Shown here one piece after another: positions 43,257-55,430 of a DNA stretch of 64,000 nucleotides (position 1 is the stretch's first letter; every line of letters begins with the position of its first letter). Source of the DNA: Trypanosoma brucei (lineage: Eukaryota); contig CM000207.1 of the NCBI GenBank assembly GCA_000002445.1, forward strand, positions 1,280,001-1,344,000, read 5' to 3'. The notes below the pieces were generated by a model. The model was not told where the DNA came from and searched no databases. It saw only the letters and a program-made list of their open reading frames with translations. A program made the translations under genes and the position numbers.

Positions 43257-43568
43257 TAGGTGCGTCCTTTTCAAAGTGAAACATGTGCAAACTCAACGAA
43301 AATATTCCCTGGTACATGGAGGAGAAAGGGTGGGAGAAAGGGAAACACGCACAAAAATAACTGAATCGTGTTGCACCGATGTGCATAATTAATAAGATGC
43401 ACAATATGAAGAAATAATAGGTAGAAACAAGTTGAGGCTTCTACTTATGTTGCCCCTTGATCACATAGTAAAAAAAAGGGTCTTCCTTCTTTTATAAGAG
43501 GGGAAGCAAATCAGACGCGCGGTGGAAAGAAAAGATGGGAAAGGTCCCGACGAAAAACAGTATAAATA

Positions 43569-44186
43569 TCATTTCTTCAGTAGTTCCTCCCCCTCCTTCA
43601 AAAATATTTTCTTGACATCAGCATACACTTCCTCCCGACTGCGGTTACCGTCAACAGTGTATAAACGCCCTTGCTTTTTATAATGTTCCACCACCGGTAC
43701 GCACTGCTCGGCATTCGTCCGGAAGCGGCGACGTATCGTTTCGATATTGTCGTCGTCACGCCCAGAACCAGACGACGCACGGCCGATCAAACGCGCCTCC
43801 ATTGTTTCCTCCGTACAGTCGAAGAAAAGAATGGCCTTAGCGGGCACAATGTCTTCCTCAAACATAAACATCTGATCCATTTTGCGTGGGAATCCGTCAA
43901 TGACATAACCACGGGGACTGGGGTGAGTATTGAGGGCATTTTTCAACAGCGCAACTGTCAGTTCGGATGGCACAATGCCACCCTCCACGAGAATTTGAGA
44001 TATTTTCTGTGCAACCTCAGTTGTTTTGTCTCGACTTGCCTGACGAAGGAGATCCCCCGCGCTGAAGTGCGTATAACCAAACTCTTCAACGAGACGGGCA
44101 CAAACTGTACCCTTTCCCGATCCTGGGCCACCAAGAACAAAAAATACCTTCGGCTTCTCGGTGGATGTCATAGGAGAAGGAGTCAC
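43569..44186 (-). CDS. adenylate kinase / UMP-CMP kinase family
   Basis: P-loop 'FVLGGPGSGKGTVCARLVEEFGYTHFSAGDLLR', NMP-binding and LID-like 'RASSGSGRDDDNIETIRRR' segments. Confidence 0.9.
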   Translation of the reverse strand: MTPSPMTSTEKPKVFFVLGGPGSGKGTVCARLVEEFGYTHFSAGDLLRQASRDKTTEVAQKISQILVEGGIVPSELTVALLKNALNTHPSPRGYVIDGFPRKMDQMFMFEEDIVPAKAILFFDCTEETMEARLIGRASSGSGRDDDNIETIRRRFRTNAEQCVPVVEHYKKQGRLYTVDGNRSREEVYADVKKIFLKEGEELLKK

Positions 44187-44952
44187 GTGGAGCCTGGTAA
44201 TGGATGTTTTAAATCCTGCACTTTGAGGTAGCAGTTACTGTCCTTGTATATACTTTGACCTTTCTGTATAACGAAACACGGGAGTCCTTTAAAAATTAGG
44301 AGTGCTACTAATGTCACAAGGTGATCAATGAGTGTAAGTCGCTCAAACGAAAACAAACAGTAGGAAATGTGCTTGAGCGAATTGCGCCACACCAGCCGCA
44401 TTTGTAGCACACTGCGACCAAACTCAATGTCACTCATAAGTACATGGCCGCCATTCCCACTTTCGCGTGCGGCGTGATACAAATTCAGCCACACCCACAT
44501 GCAATGGAACTTGGTGGAGTTCATTACCTCTTCCAGGCGGCTGGCACCCCGCGGTAAAGGACTCCAAAACCGGCCCCACGCACTACCACCCCTCAGCAAT
44601 GATACCCACAACGACGCGACGCAACAAACGGAAAAGGGTGAGAGAAAGCGAGGGATAAAAACAAAAAGACTAAAAAAAACAGAATGTGAATCATTAGATT
44701 GGCCGCACGAAAGCCCGGTAATGTAGCCACGGAAGAATAAACCAACGATGAACATTTCTCTTTACTAACTCCCTTCACCGACTTTCACTCCATTTAAAAA
44801 GACAGCCCCGAAGCCCCCCTCCATTCCGTGTGTATTCTAATCCCGTTGCACACACACACAAAAAAAAAAAATAAATAACAAAAGGACTGAATGGTACGAG
44901 GTTGTGAATTTTCTAGATTTCCTTCTACCTAAATGGGGCATCCAAATTATAC

Positions 44953-45765
44953 TTATCCTCGGCGCCTCCGACTGTTGCCCCGTGCTGGTCGGCCACAGGC
45001 ATCTACGAGTTGCCCTCGATCATTCCGCCGAACGTAATCACCCGGCCGCCGGTACCGCGTGTCAATGAGGCAGTCCACGATCGCCTCCTGAGCTGTCCGA
45101 CCAACGCAGTGACGTAGCGCGTACTGTCGATCCCACTCACGACCTTTAGGTGCTACACGACTGTATTCATCCGTCATGATCTCTAATTCGGATGGTATTT
45201 CCTCTGCTACGGGTCGCACCAAAAGAACACTGTCATCCTTTAAAACCCCAGGCTCTGTTGGGGATAGTTGTTCACACGAGCTGTCGGAATCCCAGCACCT
45301 CTCAGCGTCTGCTTGGATGCTGTTCAACCCCTTTGCGCAACGACGAATGGGAGAGTCCATACGGCCTGAGTCAAACAAACCGCTGGTCCCCTCCGGAATG
45401 GAACTCAATGGAACTCTCCCAGCGATCAGTTTTTCCCTCAGTCGCCGCTTGGTTTTTGATACGGTGCTACTCTTCCGTACACGCGGCATCGTAAACCAAC
45501 TATAGTCGTAGTCTCTGTCAGCGGGATTGCAAGACAGTGCCGCGGGTATGCTGTCAGCGTACAAGCGATAGTGATGAAAAAGACGTGGGCGCGTCAGGAA
45601 TTGACGAGGTGGAATGGGAACAAAAACCGGTGATGACTGGCAACATTCGCCCACATATCCCACAACAGCTCCATTTTGTGCGGCAGAGTGAAGCCGGCGG
45701 CATCGGCGGATGGTGGCTCCTTCCCACCGTGTGAGATGACTCTGTGAGCTGGTGTGGGTGCTCAT
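44953..45765 (-). CDS. hypothetical protein (270 aa), Arg-rich termini
   Basis: ORF on the coding strand. No recognised domain. Confidence 0.4.
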   Translation of the reverse strand: MSTHTSSQSHLTRWEGATIRRCRRLHSAAQNGAVVGYVGECCQSSPVFVPIPPRQFLTRPRLFHHYRLYADSIPAALSCNPADRDYDYSWFTMPRVRKSSTVSKTKRRLREKLIAGRVPLSSIPEGTSGLFDSGRMDSPIRRCAKGLNSIQADAERCWDSDSSCEQLSPTEPGVLKDDSVLLVRPVAEEIPSELEIMTDEYSRVAPKGREWDRQYALRHCVGRTAQEAIVDCLIDTRYRRPGDYVRRNDRGQLVDACGRPARGNSRRRRG

Positions 45766-46194
45766 TCCCCGGTGTCCAGTGCTGGTTCAAGACTCACCAC
45801 CTCTTAACGTTGGTCTAGCTTTTGTTGCAGCAATTTTGCAGTTGCATTTAGGTTGCAAAGAAAAAAAAAAGAGGGTACGCAGGCGGCAGAAGGAGGTTAC
45901 ACGCATATGAGTTGAGATGCCTCCCCAGATTAACTTTTCTTTATGCGTAAAAAAAAAAAAGAAATGACAAGGGTATTTCACACCTACCTGATAGTGAACA
46001 ATGAACTGGACACTAAAGAATAACTTAATGAAAAGAAAATAAATAACGTCACGATCTGAGAGGGATTTGCCTTTCGCTAACTTCCTCTCTAACTCTGTTA
46101 ATCATGTGTCTGTTCACCTAAAACCGAAAATAAACGATAATTTGGCGCCACGCACTTAACATACCGGTGGTGATAACCGGTCAAAGGTCCTCGT

Positions 46195-47253
46195 CTACTC
46201 CACAGGTTGCAAAGACGGCCTTAATGACTGAGGGCACAAAGAACAGTGCGGAAGGCCGCAACAGACACCGGGCACACCAAACGTATAGACCATGTCCCAA
46301 CGCTCTGTTGCCGACCCTGCCGGCTTCGTTTCAGTAACGAGGAGGTCATCGGTGCGTTCCACCGCTGCTTCTCTCCGCGCATTCGCACCTTCATCCACAA
46401 CGGTAGGAAGTGGGTGACTCACTTTTGAGTCCCCATTAACTCTTAATGAAGAAGATGGCGGTCGCGTTTGTGGTGCAAACCTCACCATCCTGGTAGAGCC
46501 GCCCTTTGGTCTCATATTTCCATCTGTGCCATCCGCCAAAGTGGCATGAAGCCCTGCTTTCGCTGGCTTTGCACTACATATCGGGTCACTAGGCCCTGCC
46601 CTCGACGCCCATTCAGGACAATTCTCTGAATCGTTGTTGCACAAAGATGAACCTACGCCGGAACGAGGGGCCCCGAACATCGATGCAGCACGGGGATAAA
46701 AATTATCGCACTGCTCTGTCGGTGGTGTATCAGGGGGTGCAGTTGGGACATTTAGAAATCTGGCGGTTGCTCTCAGGAATGGGGGGAGGAAAAGTACTTC
46801 GTCACCCTCCTGCTGCCGCGGTTCCAGATTCGTAGAGAACTTTTCAGTCCCATGAACGGAGTTATTCAGCAGCAGCGCTGAAGACGGGGGAATATCCTGA
46901 GCCAGTGGGATCGGGTGCCTCTGTTGCTCCGCTCCATAACTGCTTGACAGGAGAGGCCGTACTGACCGACGACCGGCGGCCACCTCTCGGATGTTGACAG
47001 ATTCCGCGCTTTCCCTGCCACCTGTTCCGATGCTGTAAGGGTTTACTTCGCCTTCCTCGTGTGCTCGCACCATATGGAGTCCCGAACCATTCAAAACGCT
47101 TCCACGTCGAGGTTTTCGAGAAGTGCTGCAACCTTTCGTCCCAATTGTTTTTTGCCCCTGACAATAATGCCGAGGCCGGCAGGAAACCTTGTACACTGTT
47201 GTGTCGAGGACCGTCGCGTATGGTTGTAGAAGTATATGTTCATTTCGGACCAT
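46195..47253 (-). CDS. hypothetical protein (352 aa)
   Basis: ORF on the coding strand. No recognised domain. Confidence 0.4.
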   Translation of the reverse strand: MVRNEHILLQPYATVLDTTVYKVSCRPRHYCQGQKTIGTKGCSTSRKPRRGSVLNGSGLHMVRAHEEGEVNPYSIGTGGRESAESVNIREVAAGRRSVRPLLSSSYGAEQQRHPIPLAQDIPPSSALLLNNSVHGTEKFSTNLEPRQQEGDEVLFLPPFLRATARFLNVPTAPPDTPPTEQCDNFYPRAASMFGAPRSGVGSSLCNNDSENCPEWASRAGPSDPICSAKPAKAGLHATLADGTDGNMRPKGGSTRMVRFAPQTRPPSSSLRVNGDSKVSHPLPTVVDEGANARREAAVERTDDLLVTETKPAGSATERWDMVYTFGVPGVCCGLPHCSLCPQSLRPSLQPVE

Positions 47254-47725
47254 GCCCCCACAGCGTGCACGCTTACCTGGATTAGGGTAGTGAAGAGTTG
47301 AAAAAAAATACTTAATAAACCGATGACCATAAGAAACGATGCGCCCTCTCTGCAGTCGGAAAAACTTAGAAACAAAATAAATAATAAATTGAGAGGAAAC
47401 ATCCGGAAGTGCAGAGGTGCATTTCGTGAAAGCTTACTCTTCGCAAATTGGGAAAGAGGATTAAGAGATGCTACAGTTTCATGAGTGGCAGTGCCTAATA
47501 CGCAATAATGCTCAGCGGCCGCCAGAAGGGAAAAAGTGACCACTCGAAGCACCCGTAACACCGGAGTCAGATGCGATTCCTGAAAACAACACTTGATCAA
47601 CTTTATCGTCTTTCTTTTCCACTATCCTTTTTCATTTGACCAACTAGGTTTATTACGGAAACAAGCACCTCAACCACAAGGTGACGTGCTACGCAACCCC
47701 TTTCCACTTGCCCCTATTAGTTAGA

Positions 47726-49840
47726 TCATCCTTCACTGTTCAGCAGGGGCCACACCACACCACGGAGCAACGGCATTCCTACCTTACTCATATCAAACCC
47801 TTCAACAACTAAACTTGTTGCCTCTCGAAGGGCAGTGGCATGAACCACAGCGAAGCGTAATGAGCAACGTTTACCTCCTCCACATTCGCAGGCTTCGTCA
47901 CGATTACGTAACGCCATGTCGTGATCCTTGACAACAAAACTCCGATAATCCTCATCAGCGATGAGTAATCCCACCGTGTCCGCATGGGCAACAAGGCAAA
48001 GCTCCAGCACGTCCGCATCACACACGCCAAAAACAACCCATTCCTCCCCGTCAAACGCACCAAAAAAATGGGTCAGCAGCGACTCTTGGTTCTTGCTTCG
48101 CGTTATGGGTCTTAGCAACATGTAGCCCACACCAACAGGTGTGATTTTTACAACCACAAACAAACTATCCAGAGGATCCCTTCCACCTTTAGATGAGAGT
48201 TGACTACACCATACAATGTCACCTGCCGCTATTCCGTGGCGGTAGTCGCCTCGGTATGGTTGCCAGCGTCCAACTGGTTGGCGTGAGTCGAGCAGCGCAG
48301 CAGCGGCGTACGGGACAAGGTGCCCATCACAAACTGCCCTCCGTTCCAGTTGCGCGTCGTATTCCTCGCCGTAAGACCACGTCAACAACTGCTCTCCGGG
48401 TTCTATATCAGCCGTGGCAATGAAGAAAGGGATAGTGACAAGGTGACTCTCCTTTTCCAATAAAGTAGCGCGCCCCATAAGCGTTGTTCCGCGATTTGCC
48501 TTCCCACATTTATTAACGCGCTCCCTATGTAGCAAAGGCCTGCGCTTTTTCACGCAGCTTCGGAACCTTTTTGTTATTTTAACCTTGCAATGAGCGTCTT
48601 CCGTCCCTTTAGATAGTTTCTTTGAAGCTTCTTTAAGTGGAGAAAGCTCGCTCGGAATCATTAGCATCAGCGAACACAGCTCAACATTTCCGAACTTGCT
48701 TAAGTTATAACGATGATTGGCGTAGCGCATAAGGCCTTGACCAAAGCACACAACATGCTGCCCCAGTCCCAGTGCATATGTCGCATCGTTTAATGGGAGT
48801 TCATGTGAAGTGGCGGATGCGTATTCATTGTTGTGTGCGGTAGAGCGTAATCCGCGAGCCGACTCTTTGTGTGAATTAGGCAGAGAGGAAGAATAAATTC
48901 CGTTGCATGCTTCCCCGACGTTGTTGCGGGCCTCTAAAGCTTCGGTTGACACGGCAGGACCACAATACAAGAAACAGGTGCCATACGGTATCGGATGTAC
49001 TGCAAAAAGGCCGTACTGTCCCTCACCAAGCTCTGGTGTTTCTTTTATGTCCAGTAGTGTAAACGGGAAACCACCAACGGGTTCAGCCCCCGCGTGCTTT
49101 CTGCCAATACCGTGATAAAATGGAAGTCCTGTCGGCCATCGGGGAAACCATTTTTCTCCATCCGACACACTCTTAGTGGGGTTCACTTCATCAATGTGGC
49201 GTCGCCCGAACGTTCGTTCGTACCATGCTGCCTCATCCAAACACCGATGGTACGAACGAAGGCACAAACGCACAGTGTCACCACTTTTAATAATGGTGGA
49301 CGCCACTATAGCCAAAAGCGTTGCGCGAGGAAAAGCATTTTGATCAACTGATGAGTTGCCCGGGAGGCCATAGTGAAGGGCGATGCAGCGGGCGTTCGGC
49401 CAACAAAGTGGATCGTCTATTGGGGCGTTCCCGTGCTTATTCGTATCTTTAACTGCCTTCTGTACGATCTTATAGAAAAATGCATCCCCTTCCACTGCGA
49501 GTACCGAATGACGCAATCGCTGGCGTCCCGTGAAAATGTCTCCATCAGGGCGGTGTCGACTCGCATTCCCAAGGTTCACGCCGATCATGCTCAGTTGTGC
49601 AGCTTCGCGCAAATGCACCACTCGTTCTTCACTGCTGTATCCAAAATAAGCCGAGAGGAAACGGCCATAGCGCTCCTGGTGAAACTTACAAAGGGGATTT
49701 CTACTTGTTACTCTCCCATCTCCCCTGTCTTTCTTCCCTCTAGTGGAGGAATAACTGTAACTCTGACGAAACATTTCACCACTGCAGTCACATCGCAACT
49801 CGGGTGAAGGCAGATCTTTCATCTCCTCCCTCTTAAACAC
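47726..49840 (-). CDS. SET-domain protein (putative protein lysine methyltransferase)
   Basis: 'GEGQYGLFAVHPIPYGTCFLYCG' (SET N-region), 'RYANHRYN' (NHxC-like) and 'IEPGEQLLTWSYGEEY' (ELTxxYG-like C-region). Confidence 0.55.
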   Translation of the reverse strand: MFKREEMKDLPSPELRCDCSGEMFRQSYSYSSTRGKKDRGDGRVTSRNPLCKFHQERYGRFLSAYFGYSSEERVVHLREAAQLSMIGVNLGNASRHRPDGDIFTGRQRLRHSVLAVEGDAFFYKIVQKAVKDTNKHGNAPIDDPLCWPNARCIALHYGLPGNSSVDQNAFPRATLLAIVASTIIKSGDTVRLCLRSYHRCLDEAAWYERTFGRRHIDEVNPTKSVSDGEKWFPRWPTGLPFYHGIGRKHAGAEPVGGFPFTLLDIKETPELGEGQYGLFAVHPIPYGTCFLYCGPAVSTEALEARNNVGEACNGIYSSSLPNSHKESARGLRSTAHNNEYASATSHELPLNDATYALGLGQHVVCFGQGLMRYANHRYNLSKFGNVELCSLMLMIPSELSPLKEASKKLSKGTEDAHCKVKITKRFRSCVKKRRPLLHRERVNKCGKANRGTTLMGRATLLEKESHLVTIPFFIATADIEPGEQLLTWSYGEEYDAQLERRAVCDGHLVPYAAAALLDSRQPVGRWQPYRGDYRHGIAAGDIVWCSQLSSKGGRDPLDSLFVVVKITPVGVGYMLLRPITRSKNQESLLTHFFGAFDGEEWVVFGVCDADVLELCLVAHADTVGLLIADEDYRSFVVKDHDMALRNRDEACECGGGKRCSLRFAVVHATALREATSLVVEGFDMSKVGMPLLRGVVWPLLNSEG

Positions 49841-50432
49841 ACTTCACGTCATTCAGCTTTGCCATAAACGTCGCGTACATCGTTAGTTTGAAAGGAAAAT
49901 TAAGAAAAGGTAGTGTTAGTGAAAGAAGGATACGTGGTAAATGAGGTGTGTGACTGTGTGTGTGCGGTGTGGAGGTTGCAAAGTAGTGCGACTGGGATAC
50001 AATCAAGGGTCAGTTGCCCAATAAACCTTGAAGGCAGGCCCTAGCAGATCTCCCCGTTACGAGCGCAGGCAAGACAAGACAGGGAAAAAAATTAACAGTG
50101 AAACTGAAAAGAGCACGAAAACTACAATTTGTCCCTTCCAGGCAATGGCAAGGGTAACCTTTCGGTGAGATGCTCTTCCCCAATCTATGAAAGGTGGCCA
50201 TGGAATCGATTTCCTCATGCAGGGGTGGTGCTTTTCTCCAAATTTTATATGCCTGCAAGAATGGCTACATTTTGTGGGCAGCTGCCCTTAAATGAACAGC
50301 CAAAAGAGAAAGGAGAAAAGGAGGAGGGAGGCAAATACCACTGCAAGTCAGCAGTCGCCCGGCAGCCTTCCACAGAGAATGTGAAGAATGTGCAACACAA
50401 ACAGGCAACACACGCCGTAACCAGCTTTCGCC

Positions 50433-50967
50433 TTACTCATCATCAAGAAATTTGGATGTTTTGACCGGAACCTTTTCATCCTTGGTGAAGTACGTCACGC
50501 CACGACCATTCCGCTGGGTACGGTCCAGGTTCAAATCCGCACCATCGGACTGCAGTAACTCCACTTCACGCCTGGCGCGGTAGCGTCGGGCATCCTCCTT
50601 GCTGTACTTTTCAGGATCAAGTCCCTTTTCACGAAACTGTGGAATGAGGTACTTCTCCAGGTATTCTTTCGGCGTCTCCGAGTCTCCACGAGGTCGAAGA
50701 CGGTGACTGAGGTACTTCAAACAACTTGCCATGGCTCGGCAGCGCTGCGTTGTGCCGTCATCGTCATCGTTGCACTCCTCCGTGCGGGGTCGCTTGGTTG
50801 GCTTCTCCTTACCGCTATCGCTGGCACCATCGTCGCCTTTGTGACTGCTACCAGTGCCACTTTCACTGTCTGAGTCTTCCTCGAACTCGTCGTCTTCCTC
50901 TTCCTCGCCATTCTCCTCCTCTTCATCTTCATCTCCCTCACTATCCTCCTCCTCCTCCTCCTCGTCG

Positions 50968-51000
<33 letters not shown>

Positions 51001-51290
51001 CCACCAGTTTTTTCATCATTATCACCTTTATCCCTCCCCGTTTTATCTCCCTTACCGTTATCCTTATTTACGTTATAGAATGAGTCCAACATGTTCGTGA
51101 TAAATTCCCTGCGCAAGTTGATGTACTCCTCTGGGAAGACAGAGATGTATTTAGATCTCAGCAACTGCAGCACAACGTCAGCCGTGAGTCGTTTGTCCTT
51201 TGGGACCCGCTGGCACATGGTATTGACCAGTTCCGTTAGCTTCGCATCTCGTTCTCTAGTCGCAGCGGTGCTCATGATGTTTAAAAGCAC
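50433..51290 (-). CDS. acidic protein with long poly-Asp/Glu tract (nuclear chaperone-like?)
   Basis: 285 aa. 'DDDDDDDDDDDDEEEEEEDSEGDEDEEEENGEEEEDDEFEEDSD' encoded by (GAT)n/(GAG)n at 50870..51000. Helical N-terminal domain and basic C-terminal region. Confidence 0.55.
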
Positions 51291-52369
51291 GCAGTGCGAT
51301 GTATGTGTACCGTGTGTAAGAAGCTATGTGTAGTTGTATATATTTTTTTACGCGCATGAAAAATCGGCCAGTCCCAGAATAATCAGATGTCAACATGGAG
51401 AGACACATATATTTGCGTTACGTGTAGACGATGAAGAAAGACAAAGTAAAAAAATAAAATTAACTGAACTCAGAGCAAATTGCCGAGAACGATGTTGAGG
51501 AGTTAGTAAGTATACTGTTCCACACGCAGTTCCAAGAAAAGTGGAAGAATATGTGCACCCACTAACAAAGCAACTTCACGATGTGTGCGCAAAAAACAAT
51601 TTCTCGTTCCTAACCCAAATAATCAAAACTACCAACCGAAAGCAAAACAAAAGAAACGCAGCCCTTGGCCAGTTACGGTCCCTTGCAGTGGAAACATCGC
51701 TCGCTTCCCAAGAATTTATAATCGACGCCACAATTGGTGATAGTAACTCCTCACGTGCCCTTTTCATCCCCACGAACGTGGAACCACCGACAGTGTTTTA
51801 CACTCCCTTCTACTCTACACCTACACCAGAGTGAATTAAGAAAAAGGAAAAAAAAAGCGTTGTGAAGAGAAGAAAATAAGCGGGTATGAGGGAAAAAAAA
51901 AAGAAACTGTGTGCGTTCCTGGGACTCCACAAAGGATTCGCGAGAAATAGCATTCAGGAATGTTGACATTAAGTACTTTAATCACACGCACTGCTCATGT
52001 GTGGGCAACACACTAAGGTAAGCTCACACCTTTTTTCTTTGAAATTGTCAACACTTCCAGTCCTGGCGGTGTGCTACGTCTGGCGGGAGCCAATGACACT
52101 TCAACTGGGTGAGTAATTTTTTAAAAAAAAACCAAAGGGCAAGTCTGCTTACCTCTTCCCTCTCCTTAATCATATGAGTCGAAGGAAATAAGTACAAAGT
52201 ACCAACCAACCAATAAATACAACTAAATAGCCGCTCTCTGAAACGTTGCTTGCGGCGACAACATCCCATTACCCATCCCATTCTTTCCACGGGTTGTGAG
52301 AGATGCATGCGCACGCACACTCGCCTCATTTCCAATCGGCAAAACGATGAACCAATATGTTGGTTTGCT

Positions 52370-55186
52370 TTAAGGACAAGAGTTGATCGCAGTGACGGTT
52401 GCTTGTCCGTGCTGTTGTGCAACCCTGTCGTGACAGTTGCCGTTAGTGAAAGGACCACGTTGTAGCTCCTCAAACCGTCGATCCAGAACCCTAACGAGAA
52501 GATCCTTCCGCGTTATTATACCTACCACGGTATCTCCGTCTACAACCACCATGTGCCGCAGTCCCATCATGCGAAATGTTTGATAGACCATCTCCAGGTT
52601 AAAAAAGGGGGGAATCACCCACGGACTACGGTTGACGATTAGCGAAATGTCAAGAACTGGTGGAAAACAGGCATCGTTAATCTGAGAGTACTCAGAACTC
52701 CTCTCAGTTGAGCTCACAAAAGCGCTGCCACTTCGGCATTCATCTTCGCTCTCCAATACGGGGGAAGCTGGCTCTAGCCAGTTGGATCCTCCGTTGGCGA
52801 GGAAGAGCGATGATTTGTGTGCTATCCACTCTCTCCACGACACGTTGTTTACCTCCACAACTCCCGCTGTGGGTTGCCTAGAGGATGTGCCGTTGCGCTC
52901 ACGTGATTCCCCAGGCGCAGCCGGCAATTTGCTCAATTGCGGAAGTGAAAGATATATCCGTAGGTCTTCCCGTGTGACCAAGCCCACAAACTTATAGCTC
53001 GTGTAATCATCATTGTCCAACTCAGTCATTTCTTCCTCTAGCTGAGGCAGAGGCGCTACTCCCTCACCTCCCTTCACTGCGGCTCCCTTCTTCCTCACAG
53101 CTTCCACCACAGGGAAAGCGTGATGAGTTGTCGTCTGCAGGGCTTGCATAACAACAGACGTTTTCTCCCTTTGACGCAAACTTATCACACGTGACGTCAT
53201 TACATCAGCAGCCGTCAATTGCTCGAATTCCGGCCGCATCAAGCATGCCCTCAAATACGGAACTGAATCAAGCTGTAATACCTGGTGGTAGAGTGGTTCC
53301 GCTATGAGGCCAGCTACCGCCTTGGCGATGATGATCGCAACCATGGTGGGAAGTAGGTAATGTAACTCAGATGAAAGCTCCATCATAATCACACATATGG
53401 ACATTGTCATGCGCGTGATGCCGGCCAGAAACGCCCCGGCACCGATCAGCGCAAACAGACCAGGATCCATCCATGCGAGTGACGCCATGTAACCGCGCTC
53501 CACGCCGATGTTCCCCATCCCGACGAAACACACGAACAACCCAAAAAGCCGCCCCAACGCGGCGCCAATGACAAGGCTCGGAACCACCAAGCCACCTGAT
53601 ATAGCCATCCCGTTTGACCAACAGGCAAATATAGTGTAAAGCAGCAGCAACACTAAAAGCTGTACCGGGTGATACTGCCATATTGTCTGACGAGAAAAAA
53701 GGTGCCGGATAGTGTCCCTTTCGCTCCCAAGGACAAGTGTCGCGAGGGGTGAAAAGGTGTTATTTTCGCTACATGTTGCCGTAAAGAGACTCGTGGTGTT
53801 CTCGGTGCCCCACACCAATACGTCGCCCCTGTCTTCCATATCCTGGAACGGTGCGCAGCCCGATAACATGGCGAAGAAATACGATAATAAGCTGTACAGT
53901 GTTATTGCAACGACTGGTTCGAGAAACCGTCGAATCGATGATTGACGCATACATCTTCGACGGTACTTAATCAGCACAATGTTCACCTTGGTGAAGAGTG
54001 CCGCAAACAAACCACAGACGATGCCAAGGAAAAACGATGGTGCAATTGAATACACATTGAGTGGAATGCTTAAATTCACTTCGAATAAAACAGATACGGC
54101 GTTAGAGACCCATCCCAGAAGCCTTTGGTCTTCGATAACCGAGCGGAAGATACTGATGATAGAGAAGCATACCATCGTGGCGAGAAATATTTGCCCGCTC
54201 GCACTGTGATCCCAGAAACTCGACACTTCTTCCATCACAAAGAGAAGTCCACCAATAGGTGCTCCAAACGCAGCGCTCACACCGCAAGCAGCGCCCGCCG
54301 TGATAAAATCCCTTCGATCCTTGTTGTTTCGAAATGCCTGGAAAAGACTTGTTTGGCAGCGCAGCGCACGGCTCCTCCCTTGAGTCACGCCGGCACCAAC
54401 GATCGCTCCGAGGTGAATGAGCGGCGCCTCAAGACCAACGGGAAGTCCACCAGCAACACCGCACACACACGATATGCTCTTTACCACAAAGGTGCGAAGG
54501 GTCATCACTTTTGGTACGTGTACGCCGTTCAGGTATGCCATCACGTCGGGTATACCACCACCTGCAGCGCCCGGCTCGAAATAAACCACAACACCTGCCG
54601 CAATCATAACAAACCAAATCGATGTGCAAAGGTCAATAAAGAGAGCCAGTGTGCACCAGCCGAAACCACCCTTGTTCATCAACCTCACCAGCAGATGCTC
54701 ACGGTGATCCTGTATCAGCTCGACAGAGTAAGAGACAATGATGGCTACAACGCCGACGGTAACTGCAATGAAGACGTGTAGAACCCACCTCAACGCCTCG
54801 TTGCGATCATGAGATTTGCGCGTTGTAACAGCATCAAATGTCTGCTCGGGGGGCGTTTCACACGCGCCCTGCACTGAATTGGATTCCACACCATTCTTCA
54901 GATGTTCTTCTCCTGGTGTCAGTGGGGTTTCTACTGTTACCGCGGCGGCATGAGCAGGATCTGTCGTGGCGTATCTGTTACGTGAAGATGGGGCGCGGGC
55001 CCTGACAGACCCTCCGCGAAGATGGTTCATATACATAGTGGGGTACGGTTTATAGTAATCAATGGACTCAAAGCGCGCCTGTCGTTCCGCTTCCTCTTCA
55101 GTGGTAGGCTCCAAGCATTGTGAGTAGGGGTTCGCAGCGGTCCAGAATTCATCAACTACGCCTTGGATGGACATGCTGGTATACAT
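52370..55186 (-). CDS. CLC-family voltage-gated chloride channel/transporter with C-terminal CBS domains
   Basis: CLC signature segments 'GAAGGGIPDVMAYLNG' (GSGIP), 'GLEAPLIHLGAIVGAG' (GKEGP) and 'GAAFGAPIGGLLFVMEEVS' (GxFxP). At least 10 hydrophobic helices. Two CBS-like modules in the last ~300 aa. Confidence 0.9.
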   Translation of the reverse strand: MYTSMSIQGVVDEFWTAANPYSQCLEPTTEEEAERQARFESIDYYKPYPTMYMNHLRGGSVRARAPSSRNRYATTDPAHAAAVTVETPLTPGEEHLKNGVESNSVQGACETPPEQTFDAVTTRKSHDRNEALRWVLHVFIAVTVGVVAIIVSYSVELIQDHREHLLVRLMNKGGFGWCTLALFIDLCTSIWFVMIAAGVVVYFEPGAAGGGIPDVMAYLNGVHVPKVMTLRTFVVKSISCVCGVAGGLPVGLEAPLIHLGAIVGAGVTQGRSRALRCQTSLFQAFRNNKDRRDFITAGAACGVSAAFGAPIGGLLFVMEEVSSFWDHSASGQIFLATMVCFSIISIFRSVIEDQRLLGWVSNAVSVLFEVNLSIPLNVYSIAPSFFLGIVCGLFAALFTKVNIVLIKYRRRCMRQSSIRRFLEPVVAITLYSLLSYFFAMLSGCAPFQDMEDRGDVLVWGTENTTSLFTATCSENNTFSPLATLVLGSERDTIRHLFSRQTIWQYHPVQLLVLLLLYTIFACWSNGMAISGGLVVPSLVIGAALGRLFGLFVCFVGMGNIGVERGYMASLAWMDPGLFALIGAGAFLAGITRMTMSICVIMMELSSELHYLLPTMVAIIIAKAVAGLIAEPLYHQVLQLDSVPYLRACLMRPEFEQLTAADVMTSRVISLRQREKTSVVMQALQTTTHHAFPVVEAVRKKGAAVKGGEGVAPLPQLEEEMTELDNDDYTSYKFVGLVTREDLRIYLSLPQLSKLPAAPGESRERNGTSSRQPTAGVVEVNNVSWREWIAHKSSLFLANGGSNWLEPASPVLESEDECRSGSAFVSSTERSSEYSQINDACFPPVLDISLIVNRSPWVIPPFFNLEMVYQTFRMMGLRHMVVVDGDTVVGIITRKDLLVRVLDRRFEELQRGPFTNGNCHDRVAQQHGQATVTAINSCP

Positions 55187-55430
55187 CCTCTGACACTAGC
55201 CGTCTTCCTTAATTTAAGGTGATTTTAGTTGGAGAAACGAGTAGACATATAATGGATGTACAGCGTCAACATGAAAAGTACTTTGTTTCAACCCTGTTGT
55301 TTGGGGATGCAGAAAGGGTTAAAGACGAGTGAAAATATCATATTACCTCATCTTCACTGTTTCCAACCACCAGCGCCATGACTAATACATAAACTGACTG
55401 ACTCCTCCCTCACAAACATGCCCCTTACGT

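Noticed and set aside
44183-44755. 190-aa minus-strand ORF abutting the adenylate kinase start
   Set aside because: Its N-terminal part is a translated polypyrimidine tract (FFRG..., FFSLFVFIPRFLSPFS). It is the 5' UTR/SL-acceptor region of the adenylate kinase gene in another frame.
50505-50560. tRNA-like T-arm motif 'ggttcaaatcc'
   Set aside because: No matching acceptor or anticodon stems could be folded by eye, and it lies inside a well-supported CDS (50433..51290).
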